Below are positions 1 to 8,573 of a stretch of DNA of 42,886 bases, one piece after another. Under the pieces are notes generated by a model. That model had not been told where the DNA came from. It worked only from the letters and a program-made list of their open reading frames with translations, and ran no database searches. The DNA is from a virus (taxonomy: Duplodnaviria > Caudoviricetes). The stretch's first letter is position 1. Each line of letters opens with the position of its first letter. The stretch is taken from IMG/VR virus record IMGVR_UViG_3300037044_000005, positions 1 to 42,886 of that record; one strand, given 5' to 3'. The position numbers and the translations under genes were made by a program.

Positions 1-124
1 AACGGCTACATTACCTGCGTGGTGGCGGGAGTAGAACCCGCTTCTGACGCTGATACTTCTGAGGCTGGGAAAATGCCGACCGAAGCCGCAGACTCCACCG
101 CGTCAGGTGCATGTTTTGTTAGGT
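1..124 (-). mobile_element. attC site of cassette L1 (continues across the contig end to 42878-42884)
   Basis: Minus strand reads ACCTAAC (R'', 124-118) AAAAC ATGCACCTGACGCGGTGG ... CCACCACGCAGGTAAT GTAGCC GTTGGGC. The R' box is completed only if the ends are joined through the AACGG overlap. Confidence 0.75.
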
Positions 125-260
125 GCGCCCAATTTGTACGCCACGCCCGTTTGCAACGATAACAACGAACATAATCACCACCAGGCTCACCGATATAGCC
201 ACACACAAGAAAACAAGTTTTCTTTTCACAATATGGACATTTCTGAAATTTATCTAACAT
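6..260 (-). CDS. cassette L1 hypothetical protein with CxxC Zn-ribbon motifs
   Basis: ORF starts just after the GTTAGGT core; CPYC and CYRC motifs; its C-terminal half is read through the attC. Confidence 0.65.
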   Translation of the reverse strand: MLDKFQKCPYCEKKTCFLVCGYIGEPGGDYVRCYRCKRAWRTNWAHLTKHAPDAVESAASVGIFPASEVSASEAGSTPATTQVM

Positions 261-267
261 GTAAGCA

Positions 268-314
268 CCTAACTATGATTTGGAGCAATTATTTGAGTCA
301 AATAATTTGCTAAT
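268..314 (-). repeat. 47-bp cassette-array head site (attI-like or half-attC), copy 1
   Basis: 46/47 identical, in inverted orientation, to 14256-14302; contains the palindrome AATTATTTGA-N-TCAAATAATT and ends in a GTTAGGT core. Confidence 0.85.
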
Positions 315-527
315 TGCTTCCAGTCCATAAAACAACACCATATCACCAAACGCCGATTTTGACATATTACACCTGTTTTGCATTTCAATAAACCTTTGCT
401 CTGCCTGTTTGGTGGTGTATATCATGACGCGGCGATTTCGCTTTAACTCATTGGGCTTCTTGGGAGCGCCTTGTTTGACGGCTCGCCTGTATCTGATGTT
501 TCCGATGGTGTGATAAGTGGATGCCAT
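273..527 (-). CDS. small putative ribbon-helix-helix DNA-binding protein
   Basis: GAPKKPNELKRNRRVMIY followed by two helices (MSKSAF); typical small phage RHH pattern. Confidence 0.5.
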   Translation of the reverse strand: MASTYHTIGNIRYRRAVKQGAPKKPNELKRNRRVMIYTTKQAEQRFIEMQNRCNMSKSAFGDMVLFYGLEAISKLFDSNNCSKS

Positions 528-569
528 AAGGATACGGGCGGGGCAGTTTCCTACCCCGCCGAGGGGGGA

Positions 570-1199
570 CTAGAACTGTGCAACTATCAGGCGAAGGTCT
601 TTATAGTTCGACTTCTCGCCTTTGTGTGCGCCTTGTGAAATGACGTATTCAGATCCCTTTGACCAGTATATAATACCGCTAACGCGGGGCTTCTGCGCTT
701 TTGTTACATCATACTCGCCGAGGGCTTGCAGCGCCTGAACAACGTTTTCATTTTTCCACTTATTGATTTTTGCCCCAACAGGGAAAGAGAGTCCATCTTT
801 GTGAAATGTGACTGACGCTTTGTTGTCGGGTTGCGGGATGATTTCAAAGAAGTCAAACTCATCCTTGAAAACTTCAATCCCCTCTGGCAGTCCTTCGGGT
901 AGCTCACTTGACGGGACTGGCTTATGCTCGAATTTTTTCTTTTCGCCATCAGTTGCGGCTTCGCGGCTTACTGGCTTGTCTGGGCGTTGGTATTCTGCGC
1001 GAAGTTGAGCGTATGCGTCAATTGCTGCTTTTGCAGTTTTGACGATTTTTTCAGCAGTTGAATTGTAGCGGCTGGTAATCTGGAATTTGACAGGCTCGCC
1101 GTTTACCTCAACGTCAATAAAAGCGTTGACGCTAACCTGCTGATCTACGGAGTAATTAAAGCTTGTGTTTGGAGTGACTGCCTGTGTAGGTTCGGTCAT
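570..1199 (-). CDS. hypothetical protein
   Basis: Long ORF; ATG at 1199 follows an AAAGGA RBS; GC hairpin downstream at 537-560. Confidence 0.75.
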   Translation of the reverse strand: MTEPTQAVTPNTSFNYSVDQQVSVNAFIDVEVNGEPVKFQITSRYNSTAEKIVKTAKAAIDAYAQLRAEYQRPDKPVSREAATDGEKKKFEHKPVPSSELPEGLPEGIEVFKDEFDFFEIIPQPDNKASVTFHKDGLSFPVGAKINKWKNENVVQALQALGEYDVTKAQKPRVSGIIYWSKGSEYVISQGAHKGEKSNYKDLRLIVAQF

Positions 1200-1256
1200 T
1201 TTCTTTTTTCCTTTTTGAGTTTGATTCCGCATTACGCGGGTGAATGTGCTGGCGTG

Positions 1257-1475
1257 CTAGGCGGGGTTAGCGGTTGCCTCCTTACACGTTTGACATTTTT
1301 CCCAATCACCAGCACAACAACCACAAACTTCGTATTTTTCTTGTGTGCTGTAGATTTGTCCTTCAAGTCTCTTGTCACCTGCGTCAGTTGCCATGTCCTT
1401 TGTTACATACTCAATCGGATAAGAGACTAAGACAATTCCGCGCACGCAGTTTTGACAGCCCATTACAAACTCCAT
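1257..1475 (-). CDS. small Cys-rich hypothetical protein
   Basis: CxxC motifs; overlaps the stop of the upstream gene. Confidence 0.55.
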   Translation of the reverse strand: MEFVMGCQNCVRGIVLVSYPIEYVTKDMATDAGDKRLEGQIYSTQEKYEVCGCCAGDWEKCQTCKEATANPA

Positions 1476-1876
1476 TCCATTGTTTGTTTGGTATCCGCGT
1501 CAAACTCCGCCTCGGCTATGGCGTCCGCTTGCCATGTTGATGCGGAATCAAGCCAGCGGGAATCATTCTCGATCTCTGCGGCTTGCGCGTCGGCTTCGCT
1601 GGGGGCTTCGAGGGCGGTTGCCTGTTCGATGGCGGTCATCTGCTCATCTGTAAGGCTCATCGGACAACCCGCCTCAACCCATTGGGAGCCAGTCAGTACG
1701 ACATTGGAAAAGTAAACCTTTTGCACGTTGGGGAAAACATGGGAGCGGATGAAGTCTTCGGAAGTGGCGCATTCGTTGTACCCGTCCACCCATCCTTGAG
1801 TAGATTTCCAAAATGAGAATAAATTGCCGCGCTCATCTGCGCCAGTGGTCAATACTGCGGGGGTGAATGTGGTCAT
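1463..1876 (-). CDS. hypothetical protein with acidic C-terminus
   Basis: ATG at 1876 after a GAGGAG RBS; part of the packed leftward operon. Confidence 0.65.
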   Translation of the reverse strand: MTTFTPAVLTTGADERGNLFSFWKSTQGWVDGYNECATSEDFIRSHVFPNVQKVYFSNVVLTGSQWVEAGCPMSLTDEQMTAIEQATALEAPSEADAQAAEIENDSRWLDSASTWQADAIAEAEFDADTKQTMEWSL

Positions 1877-1880
1877 TAGA

Positions 1881-2036
1881 TTACTCCTCTTCCTGTGCTT
1901 CCACAAGGGCTTCGATTGCCTTTGCGATTTGAGCCTCAGACAGTCCCATTGCCAACCCTGTTGCGCGGATTGTCTCTACCGTGATCTCGTTCGTCTCGCC
2001 AATTCTGCGGCCTATGATTTTCGGCTGGTCGGTCAT
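1881..2036 (-). CDS. 51-aa hypothetical protein (not in the ORF track)
   Basis: Reads MTDQPKIIGRRIG...EAQEEE; ATGA overlap with the upstream stop; GAGG RBS. Confidence 0.6.
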   Translation of the reverse strand: MTDQPKIIGRRIGETNEITVETIRATGLAMGLSEAQIAKAIEALVEAQEEE

Positions 2037-2371
2037 TGTGTCACCTCAGCAAGCAGGGCGCGGGAGTTATGATAATTTTGATGTGATAGACAGTTACAAT
2101 TTGGGAAAGCTAGATTGTGATCGTCAAACTTAAATTCTGCGGTCATGTGTTTCAACGCCTCCACCAGCCGCTTTTCCCGTGCTTCGAGGGCGGCGATGCG
2201 GTCTTTGTCTGCGCGTTCATCTTCCTTTACCGCCTGCTCCACCCGCGCTTTCATGGCGGCGAGTTCTGAAACTCTATCAGTCAAAGCACTATCTGAGTAC
2301 TTGTGCCATTCTCCATTAGGAGTGCTGCGCCAGTGTAAAACGCCATTGATTATTTTTTCTTCTCGGTACAT
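2033..2371 (-). CDS. hypothetical protein with coiled coil
   Basis: ATG at 2371 after the AGGAGCAGAGAC RBS block. Confidence 0.65.
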   Translation of the reverse strand: MYREEKIINGVLHWRSTPNGEWHKYSDSALTDRVSELAAMKARVEQAVKEDERADKDRIAALEAREKRLVEALKHMTAEFKFDDHNLAFPNCNCLSHQNYHNSRALLAEVTQ

Positions 2372-2384
2372 GTCTCTGCTCCTA

Positions 2385-2624
2385 CTACGCATGTTCTAAC
2401 TCTACGATATACTTTTTATTTATTCTTTTCACGATATACGCCTCAAATTTCACGGCGGCAGATTCAAATTGTTTGTCAAATCGTTTAGCCGCCGCCTTGA
2501 ATGATCCCATGCTGAGACTTTTCAAATCTTGTAAATCACTATTAAACGTATCAAACTCATAATGACGATTGCGATTTACAAAATAGTTCTTTGACTTTCT
2601 TGCGTGATATGCTCTAGCCGTCAT
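2385..2624 (-). CDS. hypothetical protein
   Basis: ATG after the same AGGAGCAGAGACA RBS block. Confidence 0.65.
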   Translation of the reverse strand: MTARAYHARKSKNYFVNRNRHYEFDTFNSDLQDLKSLSMGSFKAAAKRFDKQFESAAVKFEAYIVKRINKKYIVELEHA

Positions 2625-2722
2625 TGTCTCTGCTCCTGTTTCGGTGGGGTGGTGCTGTTTACTCGTATAGAGACAGTATAAAACAAAAAGATTAAAACAA
2701 CCTTAAAGCAAGATGAGAGTTT

Positions 2723-3412
2723 TTATTGACTTTTCAGCAAGTCAAATCTGTTATGATATGAGTGCCATTTAGTCCAAGAACGCTTCGGGGTAGGCCATGA
2801 AATATAAACAGAATCAACCATGCTTACTTCTTCATTCGGGATTATAAAATAATCCCCAGTTGGTACGATGTAGCAAATAAAGAAGTCGCAGTAATTTCCG
2901 CGCCTATTCTTTCCAACGCCAAATTGATACATATCGCACTTTTGTTTCTCATTTGTTTTTCTGCTAGAAAAGCAGGCTTTTACGTCTATCTTCTTTCCGT
3001 CATCAAGAAGCATATCAAATGAGTGCATGTGCGGCATCAATTTATTACCTATGCCGATTGATTGAAGATGCTCAGACACAAGTGCTTCTATTTTTGTTCC
3101 TTTTTTTAACTCACCCCCAGATATAGCGTGACGCATACCATTCCAAGCGGCAGACAATTTATATCCAAGCCCTGCGCCGTATTTTTTATTGAGCAGTTCT
3201 TTAATTTCGGAATTTGTCATTTGCGGGTTTGACTGTACGGTTGAAATCTTTTGTTTTACGCGCTCTTGCATTGCATCGTGTCCAGTATTACCAATAATCT
3301 GACGGACGCGCTCGCGTGAAATTCCGTACTTATCAGCGATTTCCTGCAACGTCATTGCACTATCCCGCATGTTTATCATGTCTTGTTTTCTGTTCACATT
3401 TATAGTTGTCAT
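2723..3412 (-). CDS. sigma70-r4-like HTH fused to a PD-(D/E)XK nuclease-like domain
   Basis: N-terminal TLQEIADKYGISRERVRQI HTH; FDMLLDDGKKIDVKA nuclease motif; CDFFICY strand. Confidence 0.7.
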   Translation of the reverse strand: MTTINVNRKQDMINMRDSAMTLQEIADKYGISRERVRQIIGNTGHDAMQERVKQKISTVQSNPQMTNSEIKELLNKKYGAGLGYKLSAAWNGMRHAISGGELKKGTKIEALVSEHLQSIGIGNKLMPHMHSFDMLLDDGKKIDVKACFSSRKTNEKQKCDMYQFGVGKNRRGNYCDFFICYIVPTGDYFIIPNEEVSMVDSVYISWPTPKRSWTKWHSYHNRFDLLKSQ

Positions 3413-3680
3413 GTTTTTCCCTATGATAATTTTTTTAGATATTCAAGAGCAGTTTCGTAAAGTCCGCAAAACTCGCCACCGTTCAACTGGTGCGCGATGC
3501 ACATTCTCACCAATGCAGAATGACAAGCGTCAAACTCCATATATGCTAAAGTAGGGCAAAGGTTGTAAATCTGTTTTAGATTAGTGTTCATGCGTGGATA
3601 TTACGACAATAAGAAAAAACGTACAAGGTAATTATGAGAGGATTCTTATCTTCTAAGATTAGCGTTTTCTCATAATTCTA

Positions 3681-3709
3681 TTGACTAACCACCTAATCAG
3701 GCTTAATAT
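3681..3709 (+). promoter_or_regulatory. sigma70-type rightward promoter
   Basis: TTGACT-17 bp-TAATAT; inverted repeat AATTATGAGA...TCTCATAATT immediately upstream (3630-3677). Confidence 0.55.
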
Positions 3710-3847
3710 TGCACGCATGGACGGCGAACCCACTTCACAAAACGGACAAACAAAAATAATCTCCGTTGCCGTCCTTTTCTTGTATATCCGCGCTCGAATC
3801 CGCTGGTATCTCTCTATGAAATCCGCAAGTGTCATGGCTTGCTGATT

Positions 3848-3922
3848 GGACTAGAGCCGAAACTGGAAACGGGTCTGCTCATCGAAAGCAGAAAAAAGAT
3901 AGTTCGAATCTGTCCTAGTCCA
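3848..3922 (+). tRNA. atypical tRNA-like gene, nominal anticodon UCG (Arg)
   Basis: Acceptor GGACTAG/CTAGTCC, anticodon stem CTGCT/AGCAG with loop CATCGAA, T arm GATAG-TTCGAAT-CTGTC; lacks U8 and U33. Confidence 0.55.
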
Positions 3923-3924
3923 CA

Positions 3925-3986
3925 GCCCATGATGTGAGTTCGAGTCTCACCTACGAGTAATAGTAGCTCAATTGGCAGAGCAAGGC
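3925..3986 (+). ncRNA. circularly permuted tRNA-like module 1 (T arm, closed acceptor stub, D arm)
   Basis: GTGAG-TTCGAGT-CTCAC, then CTA-cgagtaa-TAG, then TAGCTC-AATTGGCA-GAGC; closed by GCC/GGC. Confidence 0.6.
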
Positions 3987-3990
3987 AGAC

Positions 3991-4051
3991 CACCAAGATG
4001 AAGGTTCGAGTCCTTCCTGATTTATCAGTAGCTCAAAGGCAGAGCAGTGTG
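3991..4051 (+). ncRNA. circularly permuted tRNA-like module 2
   Basis: GAAGG-TTCGAGT-CCTTC, then CTGA-ttta-TCAG, then TAGCTC-AAAGGCA-GAGC; closed by CAC/GTG. Confidence 0.6.
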
Positions 4052-4204
4052 AAGCACGACCTCAGTAATTTCTTACTCCTTGCGGAATTACTGAGAATTT
4101 AGAACCCTTAATAATTGAGGCATAGGAACGTAGGCACTAAAGCTGCTAGGCAGCGTGTCCGTGTAATGAACGGAAGTGATGACCTCATACATATTTTTTC
4201 TTTT

Positions 4205-4310
4205 TTGAAGATTGAAAAGATGGGCGATTAGGTCATACAGTAGATACTCGACGCTCGAAAGCAGGATGTGACTCGGTGAAAATGCTACTGCCCATCTTCT
4301 CAGTTTTCAA
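4205..4310 (+). ncRNA. long structured RNA-like hairpin
   Basis: 4205-4225 pairs with 4290-4310 (20/21 including G-U); internal stem GTCATA/TGTGAC. Confidence 0.4.
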
Positions 4311-4534
4311 GAACTGATGCCCGCAAAATCCAGCCCATCCGCGAATGAAAGGAGCGAAGCCCTCGGCTTCTATTTGATTAATTTTAGCGGATGGGAGCGG
4401 GCAATCTTGAATGTTTCAGCGCCCGACACGCTGTACAGAAGCCCCGCAGGCGGTGGTGTGGCTTACACCCCGCGCAATGTATGGGCAGCCCCGCCTCAGT
4501 CAATGGGGCGGGGAAGTTGTAAGACAATTTTCCT

Positions 4535-4567
4535 AATCAACTCGGAATCAACTCGGAATCAACTCGG
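4535..4567 (+). repeat. 3 x 11-bp perfect tandem repeat AATCAACTCGG
   Basis: Read directly from the sequence. Confidence 0.9.
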
Positions 4568-4649
4568 CGGGGGTCTTGTTTTAGTCATGTGAACATTATT
4601 GCACGCAACGCACAGACTGTCAGCACTTTTTACCGAATGGAAAGTAAAT

Positions 4650-4838
4650 ATGAGTACCAAAGGCAGCAACCAACGCACCGAGGACGCGAAATTAGAAGCT
4701 AAAGCGCGGGCGGTGCGACTGCAAAAGGATTTGGAAATTCAATTAGAAATGACCAGCGATTCCGCTGAGAGGCGCGTCATTCAGGCGCGGATTGAAAATC
4801 TGAAAGAGCTTATCAAGACGATCACGAATATAAAGTAG
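4650..4838 (+). CDS. small coiled-coil hypothetical protein
   Basis: First ORF of the rightward operon; ATG at 4650. Confidence 0.55.
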   Translation: MSTKGSNQRTEDAKLEAKARAVRLQKDLEIQLEMTSDSAERRVIQARIENLKELIKTITNIK

Positions 4839-4851
4839 AGGAGTAGAGGAT

Positions 4852-5145
4852 ATGGGCGTTTCGGAATTTCAAGCAAAAAGAGTTGTGGACTTGATGTTGG
4901 CAAGCGCAAAGAATTACGAAAAATGTATTCTTTGCGGAAGGCTAACAAAGGACAGGGGAATATTTGAGCCTAATGATGAAAACAAAAAACTATTTCATTC
5001 CCCAGACGGAAAAATAAGAATTTATATATATGCAATCTGCTGGAGACATGCAAATGAAGAAACGGCGACTCTTGTGGAAGAGCATCTTATAAAGAATGGA
5101 GAAAACGCAAACAATTTAACAAAAGTTGCGTTTGGTGGAACATGA
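4852..5145 (+). CDS. hypothetical Zn-binding protein
   Basis: CILC and CWRH motifs; AGAGGA RBS. Confidence 0.65.
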   Translation: MGVSEFQAKRVVDLMLASAKNYEKCILCGRLTKDRGIFEPNDENKKLFHSPDGKIRIYIYAICWRHANEETATLVEEHLIKNGENANNLTKVAFGGT

Positions 5146-6131
5146 GCGAAGAAAAAGCAGAATACAACTTAGAAAAAGCCCGCAGGGATAATGCAATTTT
5201 GAAGAAATACGCGGCAATTCAAAAGGCTTCCGAGGACAAGATTGGATGCCAGAAAGTTTACGTTGACATTACGGATGATATAAAGGCCGCACTTGTCTTG
5301 GATGAAATCATCTTTTTTACCTTGCCGCGCCCAAATACGGGAAAATCAGCTTTGCGAATTTTCAAGAATGGGTATCTGTGGATGGCTGTTAGGCGCTCCG
5401 AGTGGTGGGACAGAAAACGTCTAAAGGAACGCGAAGCCGACTTGGCAATTGACAAGCTGGAAAAGCTGAATCTAATCATAAAGAGTGTACATCGTTTTAA
5501 CAGCCTTCCGACAATCCACTTACGGCTAAATGTTGATGTGTTTTTCAAGCTGTATTTTGAGGCTCTGGAACGCGAAAACCCGCCAGAAGACGAAAAAGAT
5601 ACGTCAGTTTCTGACATAAACGACCTCTACGAAATGATGGGAATCCCGTTTTCACCAAATGGTAAATTACCAAACGGTGAGGGTAGATTACCAAACGGTG
5701 ACGACTCGTCACCAAACGGTGATTTCATTAACAGCCCTTACATATCCCCCACCCAACCCCCACGCGATGATTCTAAACCTGCAAAGGCAGAGCCTGACAA
5801 AATCGCAGAATGGCTAAAGATGGGACAGTTTGCAGGGGCGAAACGGGAAACACGGATTGACGCGATTCTCTCTTATTTGGGCGAGACTTTCCACGTCAAC
5901 ACCGAAACGAAGAAATGGAAGGATTTTGCCAAGTTTGCCGAGACTCGCCAGACGCATCACGGCGAAAAGATTGACGTATTTGTTTCGTGGCTTTTAGGAC
6001 AAAAGGACTTCAATCTGCAATACTGGCCGCCGTCAAAGATGGAGGAATTTTGGCCGATGGCGTTTGTAAAGAATAACGGACTTTCCCAACCTGTAACGGT
6101 TGACGAAGATGGGTTCCCGGAGAGTTACTAA
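5142..6131 (+). CDS. replication initiator (lambda O-like architecture)
   Basis: N-terminal wHTH-like region, central repeated PNG linker encoded by iterons; lies directly upstream of helicase and primase. Confidence 0.7.
   Translation: MSEEKAEYNLEKARRDNAILKKYAAIQKASEDKIGCQKVYVDITDDIKAALVLDEIIFFTLPRPNTGKSALRIFKNGYLWMAVRRSEWWDRKRLKEREADLAIDKLEKLNLIIKSVHRFNSLPTIHLRLNVDVFFKLYFEALERENPPEDEKDTSVSDINDLYEMMGIPFSPNGKLPNGEGRLPNGDDSSPNGDFINSPYISPTQPPRDDSKPAKAEPDKIAEWLKMGQFAGAKRETRIDAILSYLGETFHVNTETKKWKDFAKFAETRQTHHGEKIDVFVSWLLGQKDFNLQYWPPSKMEEFWPMAFVKNNGLSQPVTVDEDGFPESY
5654..5722 (+). repeat. four iterons, probable replication origin
   Basis: ACCAAATGGTAA at 5654 and ACCAAACGGTGA at 5669, 5690 and 5711 (spacing 15, 21, 21). 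Confidence 0.75.
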
Positions 6132-6132
6132 T

Positions 6133-7116
6133 ATGACATTCAACCCCAAATCATACTTTTTGAAAGCAGATCAGGCGGTAGACAGATACAACGAGCGCCG
6201 AGCGTTTGAGGCAGAAAATTCTCATCTTGCTATGCCGTTTTTTGTTGAAGGACTGCAAGAACTTGTACCGCCGCAATACCCTTCTGAAATGTCTGTAATC
6301 GGTACAGCGTCAGGCGAGGGAAAATCTCTCATTATGAAAGCATGGCACGATGCAACGCAAGAGCATGTCTCAAAGCAGGGACGCCGCGCCATTGCACCAT
6401 ATATCTCGCACGAAGACACAACCGAAATGAGCGCGGGTGCATTACTGAAAAAGCACAACGGTGTAAGAGAACAGATTGACGATAACTTGACCGCTTATAT
6501 TGGCAGGTCTTTCGGAATGAAGCAGGAAGATATATCCGACTTGCACATGACCAACGTAATAGCAACTCTTGATTATGGACAGAATGACGCATACGGCGAA
6601 AAAATGCCATACTCCGCAATCTTTTACGACTATATCCAAACCACCCCTCCCGACCCGTTCCGCAGAGATATGACAAACGACAGTCAGCGCCGTATGCAGA
6701 TCGCAGATGATACGAAGCGGCTTTTCAACATGGCGACCACATTCTTTTGTCCAGTGGTAGCCGCCGCCCAAACGTCACTAAAGAAAATGGAGCGACCTTA
6801 TAACTCCCTGATGCTAATACCAGGTAAGCGAGATTTTGAGGAAGCGAAAGAAATCTACCAAATCCCAGACCGCGTTTATTCTGGCTGGCTGGCAGAGGGT
6901 ACTTATCCAGTAGGTAAGGAAATTGAAGTAGATAACTGGAAATTCACGGTTGAAAAGAATCTATTCTTTTTGTGGATTCTAAAAATTCGCTATCACACAC
7001 CAGAGACAGCAAAAGGAATCCGCAAAGTTTACCCGCTCCGTATTCAATCAGACGGAACATTTCTTTACGAGAAAGGCTATCACAAATCACTATTAGTAAG
7101 CACAAAGGAAGAGTAA
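6133..7116 (+). CDS. DnaB-like (SF4) replicative helicase
   Basis: Walker A GTASGEGKS, FYDYIQ (H2), VAAAQ (H3), LKIRY arginine-finger-like motif. Confidence 0.8.
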   Translation: MTFNPKSYFLKADQAVDRYNERRAFEAENSHLAMPFFVEGLQELVPPQYPSEMSVIGTASGEGKSLIMKAWHDATQEHVSKQGRRAIAPYISHEDTTEMSAGALLKKHNGVREQIDDNLTAYIGRSFGMKQEDISDLHMTNVIATLDYGQNDAYGEKMPYSAIFYDYIQTTPPDPFRRDMTNDSQRRMQIADDTKRLFNMATTFFCPVVAAAQTSLKKMERPYNSLMLIPGKRDFEEAKEIYQIPDRVYSGWLAEGTYPVGKEIEVDNWKFTVEKNLFFLWILKIRYHTPETAKGIRKVYPLRIQSDGTFLYEKGYHKSLLVSTKEE

Positions 7117-7117
7117 C

Positions 7118-8137
7118 ATGCCGAATTTTATTTCCCTACCGCCTGAATTATCAGGGCTTGAAGGTCGTGTCCAGTGGGTGCAACAGGTCAACCCGAATGA
7201 ATACAAAATGTCTTGTCCGAATTGTGGAATTGACCCGACAAAGCATAGTGACGCTCACCCGTCAGATCGTTTCATTGTTTGGATGGAAAGCAGAAGCAAC
7301 GGGAAACCGTTTGGTATGTGTGTGCGGGGATGCGGCTACAAGTGGTCAACCCATAAGCAGGATGCCATTTGGACGCCAGAAGAAAAAGCAGTATTTGCAG
7401 AGAAGCGCAAGGAATTCAACCAGCGCGAGGAAGATCGGATTAGAACCTACGCCGAAAGCGTTGTGATGAAACAAAAGGTTTACCTGAAATATTTTGACAC
7501 AATCCAAAATAGCGCCTACGGCAAGCAATGGTTGAAAAGCAGGGGATTTACATCAGACGAATGGAACAAATTTTGGAGATTTGGAATTTTTGAAGATTAC
7601 AAATGTCACGGGGAACTATCCACTTATTACAGCCCCGCGATAACAATACCAATCGTTGGAGTTTCAAACGTAATTGAACAGGTGAAACTTAGGGTAACAG
7701 AAGCCCACCACCCCAACGATAGGTACAGAAACATTTACAAAACAAACGCGCAACATATATTTTTCCCAAAGCGCGAGAATGAAATAAAGAACAAGGTTGC
7801 AATATTTGAGGGTGAATTCAAATCTTGCACAGTAGCACAGCGGGGGAAGATGCCTGACGATGTACAGATCATTGGAGCGCAAGGAAAAGGAATAGGCTCT
7901 CGGCTGGTGTACGCTCTCGAAAAGTGCGAAGTTGTTTATCTTTGCCTTGACCCTGACACGTTTATACCGAATCAAAAAGGCGAAACAACAATTATGCAGT
8001 CCGCTAAGAAACTCGGACTGGAAAGGGTAAGGATTATCACATGCAAACAGAAAGTAGACGACGCGATACTGAAAGGCTTCAATCTTCGCAATGCTTTCAA
8101 CATGGCGGTGAAGCCGATGCAATTGGGGCTGAGTTAG
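7118..8137 (+). CDS. DNA primase (Zn-binding domain plus TOPRIM)
   Basis: CPNC...CVRGC; TOPRIM motifs IFEGEFK and CLDPD. Confidence 0.75.
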   Translation: MPNFISLPPELSGLEGRVQWVQQVNPNEYKMSCPNCGIDPTKHSDAHPSDRFIVWMESRSNGKPFGMCVRGCGYKWSTHKQDAIWTPEEKAVFAEKRKEFNQREEDRIRTYAESVVMKQKVYLKYFDTIQNSAYGKQWLKSRGFTSDEWNKFWRFGIFEDYKCHGELSTYYSPAITIPIVGVSNVIEQVKLRVTEAHHPNDRYRNIYKTNAQHIFFPKRENEIKNKVAIFEGEFKSCTVAQRGKMPDDVQIIGAQGKGIGSRLVYALEKCEVVYLCLDPDTFIPNQKGETTIMQSAKKLGLERVRIITCKQKVDDAILKGFNLRNAFNMAVKPMQLGLS

Positions 8138-8258
8138 AAGAAGCTGAAATTCTCCGCAATGCCCGCGCCGCTTGCCTGTCTGGTGAGATTACGCCAGAGC
8201 AGTTGCGTGACGTGGAACTGATCGTACTAACCGAACAGACGGAAAGGATGGTACTGGA

Positions 8259-8573
8259 ATGAGCGCACGAATTCAACGTAAACGCACTCGCGGATGGAAG
8301 ATGCCACCAAATACAGTTTATGTTGGCAGGCCTTCCAAGTGGGGAAATATGTACAAGGTGGGCGACAGCTTCCCGTTTGACGAAGATAACAAAATGACAC
8401 AAGCGGAGGCTGTTAGTTTATTTGAGGCAGAAATGCAAACAAAGAGAACAATCGGAACGCTTGACGATTATCTCTCCCCCCTGCGAGGTAAGGATTTAGC
8501 TTGTTGGTGTAAAGTCGGTACGCCTTGTCATGCCGATGTTTTGTTGAAATTTATCAGCGAAGGTGATAAATGA
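8259..8573 (+). CDS. DUF4326-family protein
   Basis: VYVGRPSKWGN and LRGKDLACWC...CHADVL signature. Confidence 0.85.
   Translation: MSARIQRKRTRGWKMPPNTVYVGRPSKWGNMYKVGDSFPFDEDNKMTQAEAVSLFEAEMQTKRTIGTLDDYLSPLRGKDLACWCKVGTPCHADVLLKFISEGDK

Noticed and set aside
1262-1277. GTTAGCGGTTG resembling an attC L' box
   Set aside because: No GTTRRRY at the right spacing and no matching R'' arm.
3957-4023. Conventional tRNA formed from the D arm of module 1 and the T arm of module 2
   Set aside because: The acceptor stem pairs poorly and there is no proper anticodon stem; the permuted reading pairs better.
4205-4310. Hammerhead ribozyme or c-di-GMP riboswitch
   Set aside because: The core consensus motifs (CUGAUGA/GAAA; GGCAAACC-type P2) are not present in the right arrangement.
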